NCBI RefSeq assembly: GCF_009914755.1
Contig: NC_060928.1
From: the human T2T-CHM13v2.0 reference genome, Homo sapiens
DNA: 64,000 nt
Strand: one strand, 5' to 3'
In this document: piece by piece, positions 16,700 to 45,042 of the stretch
Numbering within the stretch: the stretch's first letter is position 1
Layout: the number at the start of each line of letters is the position of its first letter
Notes under the pieces: generated by a model
What the model was told of the DNA's origin: nothing
The model's database searches: none
Seen by the model: the letters and a program-made list of their open reading frames with translations, nothing else
Made by a program: the position numbers and the translations under genes

Positions 16700-17000
16700 A
16701 GCCGCTGCCAACCTGCGCCCCCTGGTGGCCTGGTTGCCGGCCGCACGCGCTCTGGCTCCGCCGTCTGGAGCGCCACCTGGCCCGAGGGCGGGAGGGAGAC
16801 TGTGGAGCAGTTCCAGACCCGCTTGTGGACCTGCACAACTACGTCATCCTCTGCAACACTGACCAGAAAGCTCAGCAACGGCAGCATTCTCAACAGGAAA
16901 GCCCATCGCAGGCTGCGCTTCTGTGTCCCCGAGACGACTGTCCGCAAGGTGGTGGCCAGCACGCCCGGGGCCATCGAGCCTGTCCTATACCACTGAGGAC
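16700..17000 (+). pseudogene. Processed pseudogene of a SPEF1-family (SPEF1-like) CH-domain gene
   Basis: Frame-corrected RLERHLAR..ETVEQFQTRL/VDLHNYVILCNTDQK/LSNGSILNRKAHRRLRFCVPETTVRKVVASTPGAIEPVL aligns to SPEF1 as recalled (RPKRNLSR..EVIKFYFPKMVEMHNYVPANSLQQKLSNWGHLNRKVLKRLNFSVPDDVMRKIAQCAPGVVELVL); frameshifts at ~16790, ~16825, ~16870, ~16992. Confidence 0.8.
16713..16731 (-). promoter_or_regulatory. Near-consensus CTCF binding motif
   Basis: Minus strand AGGCCACCAGGGGGCGCAG vs consensus TGGCCACCAGGGGGCGCTA (16 contiguous matches). Confidence 0.8.
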
Positions 17001-17460
17001 AATGCTGTCCACACAGACCCGCCCGGCGCAGCTGTGTCAGTGTAAATCCTAGTCTGCGGCCGGGCTACTGACATTTGCATGTGATTGACTAATCTATGAG
17101 AGAGAAAACAAACACAAGAAAGAAATACATGGTGATGAAGCCCCTGCTCCACCCTCCTCCTAAAAGATTCCACTGTTAGGAACAGCTGGTGTCTTTCTTT
17201 CCCTGGTAGAAAGCTCTGATACAACTATGCTAGGCTTTATTATCTATGCTTCCCTTATTTTTCTTACCCTTCTCCTGACTATTTTTCTCTTTCCTTGAGT
17301 TTTTCATCTAAAAACAGACATATCCTATTGTAGTCTGTTTATGTAAGCAACCTCAAATCCTTTTAGAAATGAAGGGAGGGTAGAAACACATAAACCAATG
17401 AAAATACATGTGAGTACATGTTTACAAAGTAGGTTTAACATTTTACTAATAATTTTCATG

Positions 17461-18100
<640 letters not shown>

Positions 18101-18387
18101 CACATTTTTTTTAATTCACAGAAATTTAAGCAGAATCTTAATTCCTAAATTCTTAGAATTAATAATGGATTTCATTTATAGTGCTGTGTTTTGGACACTG
18201 TGCAGAGTGCTTTCCTTGTATTATTTAACTTTCCTCTAACAACTTTTTGAAGCAAGAACTCAGTCGTGAAAATACTTAGTTGCAGAGAGCCTAAATAAAC
18301 TTGCCTTAGATCAGAAGTTAGAGCCAAAATTTCGTTCCGGGAACTCTGATTCCAGAGCCAGTGGTCTCAGCCATTAAATGATATGAT

Positions 18388-18542
18388 AGCAGTTCCCAAA
18401 CTTGTCTGCTTCAAAAAATGCTGATGCCTGTGTCCCTTCCCCAGAGATTGTGACTTAATTGGTCTGAGATGTGGCCTGGGACTTGTAGTTTGTAAGAGAT
18501 CTCCAGGTGATTCTAATCTGTGGACAAATTTGGAAACCACTA
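18388..18542. mobile_element. MER5A (hAT-Charlie)
   Basis: cagttcccaaactt...ccaggtgattctaat...tttggaaaccact. Confidence 0.75.
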
Positions 18543-19245
18543 TAACACTGCTTTGCTTGGGACATTAGCTAACAACAGCCACCTGAGAGCTATTTCATCC
18601 TGCCAATTAGTGAGATAACCTCAAAAGTGTGTTTTCTAAAATAAAGAGTGAAAACTTTACCTATAGGAGAAATTATAGTATGAAAGAGCAATAGCAAAGA
18701 GTTATTCATTCACATTATCAGTACTTATAGATGGTCTTTTAGGACTGATTCAGTTTTTTACTGACTCTCTAACCTGTGTCAGGTCATAAAGCTGAAAGGC
18801 AAGGTTGGTAATACATAAAAAGCCCATAGAATAAGTGCTGCAACTTTCATGGGTGACAGCACGGCTGGCTGTGAGGGACATTTTTGTAGACTACTCTCCC
18901 TTTTCCCTTAGGTCTGGAACAACAGAAAATATCTGAATTTAAAAGTTCCATTTACTTTTTTTTGTTTAAATTCATAGCCTGCCTCCCACTGGAGTGTAAA
19001 CTTTTTGAGAAGAGAGACCTTCGTCATTTGTGTTCTCTCCATACTGGCACCATGCTTGCCTATAGGAGCCAAATCACAAGTTCGTTGAATAGTTAATTGT
19101 GTTTCCTACAGTGCTCTATTTAAGCCATTGATACACTGAAGTTGTAACCAATAATTGTAACTACCATTCATCTACCATATGCAAGATGCTATACATATAT
19201 ATGTAAGTGATGTACATGTATACACTAATCTTGTTTTATTACTAA

Positions 19246-19551
<306 letters not shown>

Positions 19552-20796
19552 GTTTATCAGTAATCTTTACACAGACCTATTAATCCTCCTATCTGAGAAG
19601 GGAAAACTAAATCCCTGAGAAATTAATTTACCCAAGATTGTACAGTGGAGTAAGCAACAAAACTGAGGTTTGAGCCAGGTCTGTCTGATGCTGTAGCGCA
19701 CCCACTTTTCTTTACCAAAAACATTCTAGACAATGTTATTTCAAAACTCTTGGATGGGATTAAAAACTCCCAAGAAAAGACTTTGGAGCAATCCATCATT
19801 ATAAGGCCTATGGGATCACCTACATTTTTCCACATTAAAACAAAAAAACAAAAAAACCCAGCTTATAAACGAGATTTTTCATTAGCTTAACCATTTCTTC
19901 TGTTTTGGACATTTCAGGATTACCTAATTTCCCACTGTTAAAGATACCACAATGAAGATTTTTCTGCATAAATCTTTGCCCACACTTGAATTATTTCTTT
20001 AGGGTCCATTTCTATAAATAGAATTGGACTAAGACATGTAAACATTACTGACACTATCAAATTATTTTTCATAAAATATACTAATTTAGACTTTTACCAG
20101 CAATGCACAGAAGGACTCATTTCATCTTACCCTTCCAACATCTTTATACTTTGCAAAAAAATTTTGCCAATTTGCCAGTTTAAAGAAAAATCTCATTTTT
20201 TGCATTGTTTTGATTATAAGCAAGTTTGAGCGTTCTCTTTCTGTTTTTTTTTACCTTTCCTGTAGTGCTGATGAACTTTTACTTATGTTAGTTATTAGCC
20301 CTTTATATATCTTCATATGTGAATTCTGTTCTCATCCTTTGTCTATTTAATTTTGACACTTACCTTAGTGTTTTTCTTATAATCTGTACATTTATACTCT
20401 TCAAATGTTAAGACTATTAACCCTTTATCATATTTATTGCCAAATATTCCTCCAAATTTTTCTGTCATCTTTAAGGTTTAATTTTTGACACAGAAATTTT
20501 AAGTATTTTAATCTATTTATATTGTCCTTTATATCTTTTGCCAGCTTTAACTCTAGAAGATTAAAATCCAGGGATCAAGTAGATATTCTCTTATTTCCTC
20601 TAATTCAGTTTTTAAAATACTTAACTCCTTGATTTACCTTTGGTTTATTTTGGTACATACTATGATATATTTCAGTTGGCCATTTCCCCAAATATTTTTT
20701 TCTAACTCCTTTCTCTTTTAATTTGTGATGCTATCTTAATCATATCTTTGATTCCTGTTGAATCTAATTTTTGCTTTTACTTTTGTTTTCTTTTAG

Positions 20797-20830
20797 CAAA
20801 TCCTGTTTCCTGTGACTTTGTAAGGAAATG
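20797..20830 (+). CDS. THEGL: THEGL coding exon 2 (34 nt; ANPVSCDFVRK)
   Basis: Long pyrimidine tract + ttttag acceptor; TG|gtaaga donor; phase 1 in, phase 2 out keeps the frame. Confidence 0.85.
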
Positions 20831-20966
20831 GTAAGACATAGTTATAGTACTATTTTCACAGACCTAAACTAATAGGCCAGCCAATCTGGATGGGGCAGAT
20901 TCATTTGACGTGGGTCTACCTTGGGGTTTTCAAAAAGGACATTCCTAGGCTTTCCCTTTGTCATAA

Positions 20967-21292
<326 letters not shown>

Positions 21293-21626
21293 TGGAGAAC
21301 ACTTCTATTCACTTAGTTTTTTACTTGTTTGCTAGGTACTTGACTTGTTACTTAGTAGATCTGAACCTTTAAGGGATTTGGGATTCTGCACTGACAATCT
21401 TGAATCACAGATTTTGTGAAGCTCCAGTTCAACGTATCCCAATCTCCCTTGCCTCTAATTCAAGTACGGTAGCTAATGACTTTTCAAGAAAGTACCCTTT
21501 ATGAAAAAAAGAAAAGAAAAAAGTATATGTGTACATGTGCATATAATGCACAACAATAAATGCCTCCTGAATACCGATGCTTACCCTTTGTTTGGCTAAG
21601 ATAGAGTTAGAAGAGGAGACAGAATA

Positions 21627-21963
21627 CAGGTTGAGCATCCCTAATCTGAAAATCTAAAATCCCAAGTGCTCCAAAATCTGAAACTTTTTGAGCATGGGCA
21701 TAACACCACAAGTGGAAAATATCACACATAAGAACTTACCACAAACTTTGTTTCACACACAAAATTATTTAAAATATTATATAAAATTACCTTCAGGCTA
21801 TGTGTGTAAGATGTATGTAAAACATAAATGAATGTTGTGTTTAGACTTGGGTCTCATCCCCAAGATACCTCATTATGTATGTACAGATATTTCAAAATCT
21901 GAAAATATCAAAAATTCCAAATAGTTCTAGTACCAAGCATTTTGGATAAAAGATACTCATCCT
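21627..21963. mobile_element. Tigger4-family (TcMar) DNA transposon derivative
   Basis: TA|CAGGTTGAGCATCCCTAATC start with a degenerate inverted end ...gatactcatcct. Confidence 0.8.
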
Positions 21964-23714
21964 ATAAAATCATTAGGGAGAAATACCAAGGGTTCATATC
22001 AATGGTTCCTGTAGGTGAAAAGTAAATAATACCAGATTTTATTTTCATCTACTTTTTAAAGAAGTGGGTCAAAACCATTCATATTTATTATTATTGTTTA
22101 GCTCATTTACATGTATGGTTATTATTCAGACTTATTTTGTATTTTATGTTTTAATATTTATTTTTAAAATTTTATTGTAGAGATAGATCTCACTACGTTG
22201 CCCAGGCTGGTCCCAAATTCCTGGCCTCAGGTGATCCTTCTAACTCAGCCTCCTGAAGTGCTGGCATTATAGGTGTGAACCACCACACCTGGCTGTATTT
22301 ACCATGCTTCTAGATTTTTCCCCCTTCCTTATTCAGGCAGCAAATACTACTACCTTATTTTTGTGTAATGGTTTTCAGTTAAAAAAAAATAGGTTTTCTC
22401 ACAAGAATTCTGAAAAGTAGATAGGACAGATATATCAACTAGATTTTACCGAGAGAAAATGAAATTCAGCAAAATTATGTCACTTTCCCAAGGTTGTCAG
22501 GTGGCTGAGGAGTAGAGCGGGTAGAATTAACATTTACTGAATATTACCAAGTATCCACTCAAAATACCACAGTACTTAAAATAAATAATGTATGCTGAGT
22601 GAGCAAGCTTTCCTGTGACTGGATAGTTTGTGTCCCATAAATTTTTATACTTAAAAAGGCTGTGACGAGTGTGGTTTCAAAAAAGTTTTTCGTTATTGTT
22701 ATTTCTTACTGCTTCTTGTTTCTCTTTGATCTGTTAATTCGGGGTCATCATGTAAGGAAATTGTGCCATCTCCATTATCTATCCCTGTATCCTTTAAAAA
22801 GTTCGTTTTTATGCAAATGTGCTGTGCCTAATTAGCCCGGTATGGTGTCCGTAGTCCCAGCTACTCAGGAGGCTGAGTTTGGGTAGTAGTTCGAGGCTGC
22901 AGGGAGCTGTGATCATGCCATTGCACTCCAGCGTGGGGAACATAGTGAGACTCTATCTCTAACAGAAAAAAAAAAAGGCTGAGAGGTTATACAAATGTGC
23001 AACCTTGGTAGCTGCTGACTATTGAGTCCCCTCTCCCCTACTGCCTCCTCCCACGGTGCATCAATCACCACTTAATTAGGAAGGCCATTTCTTCACATCA
23101 TGCCTTGTATGTGCTGTGTCAGTGACTGAATCCTACCTGACATCAGGGCTAGGGCTTATTCTAAAAGAGTTTGGAGCCCATTAAAGAGCTCAGGCAAGTG
23201 TTAGGGGGATGCTTTTCCTTATCACCTGCCTCATTATACATTGAAGCATTTCCTTTGAGTAATTCTCCTGGCCTCTTGCCTCACTCTTTAATTAGACTTT
23301 CTGTGGGGTAGGAGTGACATCTGTTTGATAGGTTTGGGAGAGAGAATTGGTCCCTTCTGGGACCCTTTTTCTTTGGGGCCTGCCTGTCTACAGTGATCTG
23401 TAAGATGGTGCATCAATCTGTACAAGGATCTTTGTGATCTACTCTCTATCACATAGCAAGTTTAGTCCCTACAGGAGGAGGCCTGCAGCTTTGGGATGTC
23501 AGTTCAATTCGGGGTGTCAGGGATTCAAGCTACTCATTTCGATATGGTTTTGTCAACAACATATAGTATTTTTATTCTATTTGTCTGACTCCTGTGCCTA
23601 TTTTTCAGTTGGTTTCTAAAGATGGTAGACCAAAAGAGTTGTCATGTATTGGCCCCGTCAGACTCCAACCAAGGCCATACACAGTTGTAATATGAGTCAC
23701 CACAACATAGGTGG

Positions 23715-24060
23715 TGTATTAGTCTGCGTAGGATAGACAATGCTACATTAACAAACAAGACACAGAACTCTCAATGACTTAACACAATAAAAGTTTATTT
23801 ATTTCTCCCTCCTGCCAGAGTCTAGTGTGAATTGATTGGCCCTCCTCTACCTTGTAGCTCTGCTGTCTAGGATATGTGGCTTCTAGGTCCCTGCAACAAG
23901 GAAAGAGAAAAGTGGAAGAGACGCACTAGCTCTTATGTGGTACCCAGTACTCTTGCTGAAATTAGACGTGACAGTTATGTCACTCCAAACAACTGCAAAG
24001 GAGGCTGGGAAACATAGGGCAACACATGGACACTTGGAGGGCACAAACTCTCTCTGCTGC
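23715..24060. mobile_element. Old MaLR LTR (MLT1-like)
   Basis: tgtattagtc...taacaaac...ttaacacaataaaagtttattt pattern. Confidence 0.55.
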
Positions 24061-24530
24061 AAGTGGATTAAGAAAAATTAGGGAAGGTTCAAGGGAGCAG
24101 AGTGAGGCACAGAGGGGATTGAGTGGTACCAAAAGTGTATTTTGCCTATTTCATAGTTTTTCCAAAGCCAGATATTCTGTCTGAAATTTGTCTGTACAAT
24201 CTCTTCAGAATCCAGTGCCACCAAGCCATCTACAAATGGCCTTAATAGACTGATTGAGGTTTTTCCTGTTAACAAGTGTGCATTTTACCTCAGGTCTTCT
24301 GGAGACAATATGTTCTTTGGTTGCATAATTTATTGTCTTCATTTTATTATGTGCTATATTAGTAATTCTAGAAGTGAGAATGTTGGGTACAAAGAATGTT
24401 TGGATACTTTGAGCCTTTCAGCACTCTTCAAATCACATCAAATACAGCATTGGTTTTAGTTCTTTTTTTTCCCCCCTCCTATGAGCAGGAGTCATCTAAT
24501 GTAACCACATTTCTTAAGCATTCTCTTTGA

Positions 24531-24620
<90 letters not shown>

Positions 24621-24773
24621 TAAGGCAATATTGTATGGTCCTGTTTGTGATGATTGTGTTCATTACATAAAACAGGTAAGTATTATTTATCCATCCACCT
24701 CTACTTAACTAGATCCTCTGAACCAATATTGTCACCTCATTGTAGTCAGCATGTAAAAGGCTAACCCTTGGTC

Positions 24774-24942
24774 AGTGGTTCTTAAATTTGGCTGTACATT
24801 GGAATCACCTGGGGAACTTTAATAATGACTGAGTGCTTTCCCCAAAAATCCTGATTTAGTTGATATGGGGTGTGCCATAGACTTGGGGAGTTAAAAGCTC
24901 CCCAGATGATTCTATAGGCGGACAGACTTGAGAACCACTGCT
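24774..24942. mobile_element. MER5A
   Basis: cagtggttcttaaattt...gaatcacctgggga...ttgagaaccactg. Confidence 0.8.
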
Positions 24943-25162
24943 CAGGGGTGTGACTGCACACTCTTTTGAAACTTTTTGTGCATTCTCCAAGTCCAGCTTT
25001 GCTGCCTGTATCTCTAAGGCTCCTATCACTAATCCTGATACCTCTAAGCCTCTTATTAGAACACACCTGTCCTCTGGGTCTCCAGCAAGCTGGACCCTTA
25101 GTCCTTTCACGCTTGGCCAAGGGACTCCTCTTTTTCTTCTTTGGCTCCTGAGTCAAGCTTGA

Positions 25163-27830
<2,668 letters not shown>

Positions 27831-28595
27831 GCTCTAAAGACTAAGTTTTAAGAGGCTTAAAACTGAAAATATAGTATGCATTAAATTGTCTCTTATTCAT
27901 GGATAGGAACACACACATATTTATTGAGTAGAGGTATACACTGATAAGAGAGATGTTAATGAATATTATTAGAACTGTCAAAATCTTGGAACACTCAACC
28001 CACCCTATTTGAAAACAATAGAAAAATTGGAGACATTATTTGATTAGGGAGTAAAGTTTAGAAAAGTTAAGTAACTTACCCAATTCAACTTGGATTTGAA
28101 TCTACATCCATTGCCCACAAAGCCTGCTTCTTTCCATTATATCACCCTGTCTATTTTAGAAAGGCACAATTCCTTTGATGGCATGGAAAACCAGAGGCAA
28201 GAAGATAATTTGGGGCTATTAAAATAATGCAGGAGAGAAATAATGATAGCCTATCCTAACACATTGGCCTTAAGGGTTGAGACAAAGGTTAGAGTCAAAA
28301 CATAGATGGACAGGACCTAGTGACAAATGAATTATAGAAGTCTGAGGAAGGAGTAAAATATGATTTCTAGTTTTCTGTCTTTAGAAATAAGGTAGAAAAT
28401 GCTATTATGACTGCGAAAGAAAATACAAGAGGGGGATAGGTTTGGGAGGAAGATACATTAGGTCATGCAGATGATTTTGAGACATTCAGTAAGTATCTGG
28501 AAATATGGATTTGGCAGTCAGGAGACTACTTGAGAATAACTGGACAGACTCATTTGGGATTTGCCAGTATTTAGTAATAATCAAATAACATTGAG

Positions 28596-29407
<812 letters not shown>

Positions 29408-29967
29408 TCAAAGAATTTGTGGTTGGCCAGATTAGACTGGCAAAGAAAGTTTGAAGGCTGATTTCTAAATTCAAAAAGTACATAAAGCATTTTAAAGAGA
29501 TGAAAGCTAAATAAATGTTATGATGGGAGAGATTATACGAATTTCAGAACAACAAAACTCTGGAAATGGAAATGAGAGCTGTTTTGTGTTTTCTAAATCT
29601 GGAAATCTGAAACAGACTAGAGTTTTAGCTGTGCAGAATGGGGTGATTGAACACTGAACCCCCAAGAATCCTTCTAGTTCCATTATTCTAGAATTCTGTG
29701 GGTAATTGTGATGGTGTCAGACTTGGTTCTATTTCATGGATCCATCAGACAGGTGTGGTATGGATAAAGATCCTATCCTCTGGGGTCAAGTCCTGGATAT
29801 GGACCATAGAAGATTACATTTTTATTTTCTTGATATTACTAGCCATGTAACTGCTAAACAGGTAATTTTTAAAATGCTGTCAGTAAAGTGGTACATTATC
29901 TGTTTATAATATGCTACTTTAGCCTGTTGGTTAGCCTCCCCACTTCCTGATGAAGTTTACCTCCAAA

Positions 29968-30286
<319 letters not shown>

Positions 30287-30748
30287 TGACTGTAGAGTCT
30301 CTGCTGTTTCTCACCCCACTGGTCTTTTCCTTCTAACTTACTTTAAGCCAAATATCCTGCTTTGTACATTATCCTCAGTGACTTTTGTTCATACTCTGTG
30401 TTTTCTAGTTCTTGTGGCCAAAATTTGTTTTATTTTATTAAAAAAATATTGTGGGTACATAGTAAGTTTATATATTTACTTGTGGCCAAAATTTTTAAGC
30501 AGCTAATAATCTCATGAGGGTTCAGTTCTTGGACGGCATCATTTGGACCATATTTTATGCACTTGATTTCATGGTTGTGTCTAAGGTAACCTTTGCTTTG
30601 AATTTGAAACTGGATGCAAACCCAGTATATATATACACACATTACCTCAGCTTCCTAATCCCTGACCCTCCTAACCTCTCTCCATCTGAGCTGTTATATT
30701 TACCCCTATCCAAAGACATGTTTTTCACTCTGTTATTACCACTGATAA

Positions 30749-31869
<1,121 letters not shown>

Positions 31870-32521
31870 TTTATCAGGAGTTCTTAGGGAAAATGGACAT
31901 AGAGCTTTTATCTAAAAGCCACAAATTGTTCAACGTGCAGTCAAAATTCATTGAGAATTAGGGATTCTATATCTGTTTCCAATCTGATGCTACAGGTAAG
32001 CTTTTCCAGAGCAAAATCTGATACTTAACTATTGCAGACTTGTAATATCTTATAATGCTTTGGTTTATGAGGATTAAAAAATATAAAGTGAAGGTGTTAT
32101 ACAAGGATACTTCCAGAATTAGGAAGACATCTCTTCAAGATATCTTTGAAGAATTCTACAGAAGCCATTATTTTTTCAAGTTAGGGGCTCCAATTTTAGA
32201 ATTAAAGACACTGTAGAAGTTCAAGAGATATCTGAAATCACCTGTTGCGACTCCTGCCGAGGACTGGCCACTCCCTTCTCTAAGTTCCCCTCACCTTGGC
32301 TTCAGTGATACTCTCCGTCCTGGCTTCTCTCCCATCTTCTTCACGTTGCCCTCTCAATATCCTTTGTGGGTTTCTCTTTCTTTGCCATTGTTGCCCAATG
32401 TCCTGTCCCTGGCTTCTTTCTCTTCCTGCTCTAAACTCTTCCCAAATGTGGAGTTGTCCTCTCATAGGAATTTTGCTTCCATTCTTGTGGTGGTGACCTC
32501 CAACTCCTGTTCCCAGCCTAA

Positions 32522-33094
<573 letters not shown>

Positions 33095-33339
33095 TGATAT
33101 TTACAGGGTACAATCATTGGTGTATTTATTTACTTGTAAAAGTTTATTCAAGAAGATGAATTAAATAATATTTTCAAATTTCTTAATGAAGATCACTTCA
33201 TTTTTTTGAACACAAGAATGCCAGTTGTACATGATTAATCTTCTTTCTAGAAAATATAGAAATGATCTTTGCATGTTTGGTGACATTTTATCATTATGTT
33301 TGGTGGCATGTTACTATTAAATTTAATTCAGCAAATATT

Positions 33340-34088
33340 TTGCTACAACAGAATACCTGAAGCTGGGTAATTTACAAAGAGAAGAGGTTTATTTAGCTCA
33401 TGGTTCTATAAACAGAGAAGTATAAGAAGCATAGCGCTGGCATCTGCTCGGCTTCTGGTGAGGGCTTTTCATGCTACCTCATAACATGAAGAAGAAAGTC
33501 AAAGGGAAAGCAGGCATGTGCAAAGAGGGAAAACCAAGGGGCATCCTGGTTTCATAACAACCCATTCTCATGGGCCCATTCCTGTTAAAACTAATCCAGT
33601 CTCAAGAGAGTGAGAACTCACTCACTACCGAGAATGGCACCAAGCCATTCATGAAGGATCCGTCCCCATGACCCAACACCTCCCATTAGGCCTCAACTCC
33701 CAACACCACCATACTGGAAATCAAATTTCTTTTTCTTTTTTTATTGAGATGGAGTCTTCTTCTGTTGCCCAGGCTGGAGTGCAGTGGCGCGATCTTGGCT
33801 CACTGCAACCTCCACCTCCGGGTTCAAGCGATTCTCCTGCTTCAACCTCCTGAGTAGCTGGGATTACAGGCGCCCACCACCATGCCCAACTAATTTTTGT
33901 ATTTTTAATAGAGACGGGGTTTCATCATGTTGGCCAGGCTGGTCTTGAACTCTTGACCTCAGGTGATCTGCCTGCCTCGGCCTCCCAAAGTGCTGGGATT
34001 ACAGGCATGAGCCACCGCGCCCGGCCTGGGAATCAAATTTCATCATGAGCTTTGGTGGAGGCAAACAAACATATCCAAATTATAGCAC
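33340..34088 (-). mobile_element. MST-type MaLR LTR interrupted by a minus Alu (33727-34026)
   Basis: ctgggtaatttacaaagagaagaggtttatt...cccatgacccaacacctcccattaggcc; resumes after the Alu (catatccaaattatagca). Confidence 0.8.
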
Positions 34089-35064
34089 GGGGGCAAAGGC
34101 AAGTAAGACACAATTACTGTTTTTAAGGAGTTTATCATCTATTATGGGGGATATACAAGGTAGATTAAAGTAATAACCAAGAAGCCTTTGGAGTGGAATA
34201 AAGAAGAGATTATATTTACTTTGGAGGGATCAAGGAGGAGAAAAAAGCTGAATTTTCCCTTTCCCTATTCTCTCTTCCTAAAAGTATCCTAAATTTTCCT
34301 ATGATTTCTTCCAGAAAAAAATAAATAAAATTATGCACATATGTATCTTTTGCCCTTTAAAAAAAAAAAGCAAAAGGAATCTTTAGTGTGTGTGTGTTTA
34401 TATGTGGTTTCTTTCTGGTAAAATCCTTGATCTTCTCTCCTTTAAAATGTGTTCCCCAGACTTGAGCCATCAGTATATTATCTTCACAAGCTGCCATATT
34501 TGTGTACCATTAAATTATTTATTCAGTATTTGTATTTAAATGACATGTGTCTAATAAAACTCAATACCACTCATTCCCTCTAAATTCACTCAAGTGCTAC
34601 CTAAAACCATTTGGAATACCATTTGCGGTGTGTGTGCATCACATTTGCTTCATATTATTTTAGACTTTTCCCTTATATCTTTATTTTACTTAATTCTGTA
34701 CTGTATAATAAGAATATATTTTAAAAGGCAACAAAAATCTACTGTAGGCTTACAATTCAGAGAAACTATTTTGTCATATTTTCTTCGTCTTTTTTTTTTT
34801 TTTTACTATGTGTGTATTTACATATATAGCCTGCTTAAAGATTTTGAGATAATAAATATAATTTATATAGTGCTTTTTGTGCTTAAAAATCTTTCTAAAC
34901 TTTTTTTAGGAAGAGTAGATAATTTATTAAGCAAGTAATTCTTCTATTGTTAGAGATATAGTATATTTCCAATTTTGTAGCATATGTAACATTGTTGTGA
35001 ATGAACTTGTGCATGAAACTTTCATGAATTTTTAATTATATCCATGGACTTGATTATGAGTTAA

Positions 35065-35413
<349 letters not shown>

Positions 35414-35814
35414 TGCTATTAAGGCTCTTGATGCTCATTATGAATTTGCTTTTGGTGCTTGCTGGTTGAATGATTTAAGCTTTCTGCTAAGTTAGCTCTC
35501 TGAGGAAAGACTGTTGGGGGAGGGGAAGGAGATGGATACAGGCAGTGAGGGAGCTTAAAGTAACAAGAGAAGGATGAAGATATTATTATTTACCTGCAGT
35601 TTGGTTTCAGATAAAATACCAGTTTAAGGTGGCCATTTCTCTATCTCTTTCAATATATAACTTTAGTAAAAAGTTAACGAACTTTTTCTGGAAAGGGCCA
35701 GATAGTAAAGTTAGCCACACACTCTTTGTTACAACTACCCAACTCTGCCATTATAGCACCAAAGCATCCATAGACATTATGTACACTAAGTATGTATGTG
35801 ATGCAATATAACTT

Positions 35815-41500
<5,686 letters not shown>

Positions 41501-41520
41501 GCTTTTAAGTTTTTTTTTTA

Positions 41521-41815
<295 letters not shown>

Positions 41816-42295
41816 TTACTGGAGATGTCTTTATTCTAGGGATAAACCCAATCCCTATTATACTATCATGCCGGGAAGTGGAAGTCTCTTCTAAGTGTTT
41901 TAATTTACCAAAGTATTTACTTTAAAAATATTACCATTTGTATTTCATGACCCAAGGATTTATGCTGTAATACTAAGTGAAAAATTTGAGCATAAAACTG
42001 TATATATACTGTGATCCTACTTTTATTTTAAAATGTTTATTCCTTAAACATACCAAGATATTTCCCATCCCAAGGCCTTTTTCTCATTTTCTCCTCTGCT
42101 TAGAATGCTTTCCCCATTTTTGAGTCACTAAGATGTTTTGATCCGTTAAGTCTCAGCCTAGGTCTCAGCTTTTCACAGAGACCTTCCCTGACTATTCTCT
42201 TCAGCATAACTTTCAACATTCTCACGAACCTACCCAGGAAGCCTCTATCTCTGCTGAATAGTTGATGCCTTCATAGTACTCACCACAACTATTTA

Positions 42296-44419
<2,124 letters not shown>

Positions 44420-44729
44420 TATTTTACATTTGGTATTCTCCCCTTGACATAGAGAACAAGCTGCAAGAAAGCAGTGATTATCCTATTCTCCACTCTCTCC
44501 TAGTGAGTGCTCCTAACACAGGACCTGGTGCTCAATACGTATTTTTTGAGTGTATAAATAGAGGGAAAAAAGACTCAAATTATTCCAAGATATTACCCAT
44601 TACTATCTCTGAATGGTGGACTACTATATGCTTTTTGTTTCTCTCTCTTAAACTTCTTTATTTTACAAGTTTTGTATACTGAATATTTGTCTCTTTTACA
44701 ATGAGAAAAATGCAGTGTACTCTATATTA

Positions 44730-45042
<313 letters not shown>

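Noticed and set aside
16579-16974. 131-aa minus-strand ORF with a signal-peptide-like stretch (MAPGVLATT...LLSFLVSVA)
   Set aside because: Antisense shadow of the GC-rich SPEF1-like fossil; the homology lies on the + strand.
16490-17052. + strand ORFs of 168 and 134 aa as intact genes
   Set aside because: Each contains only part of the CH domain; frameshifts are needed to join them, so neither encodes the domain.
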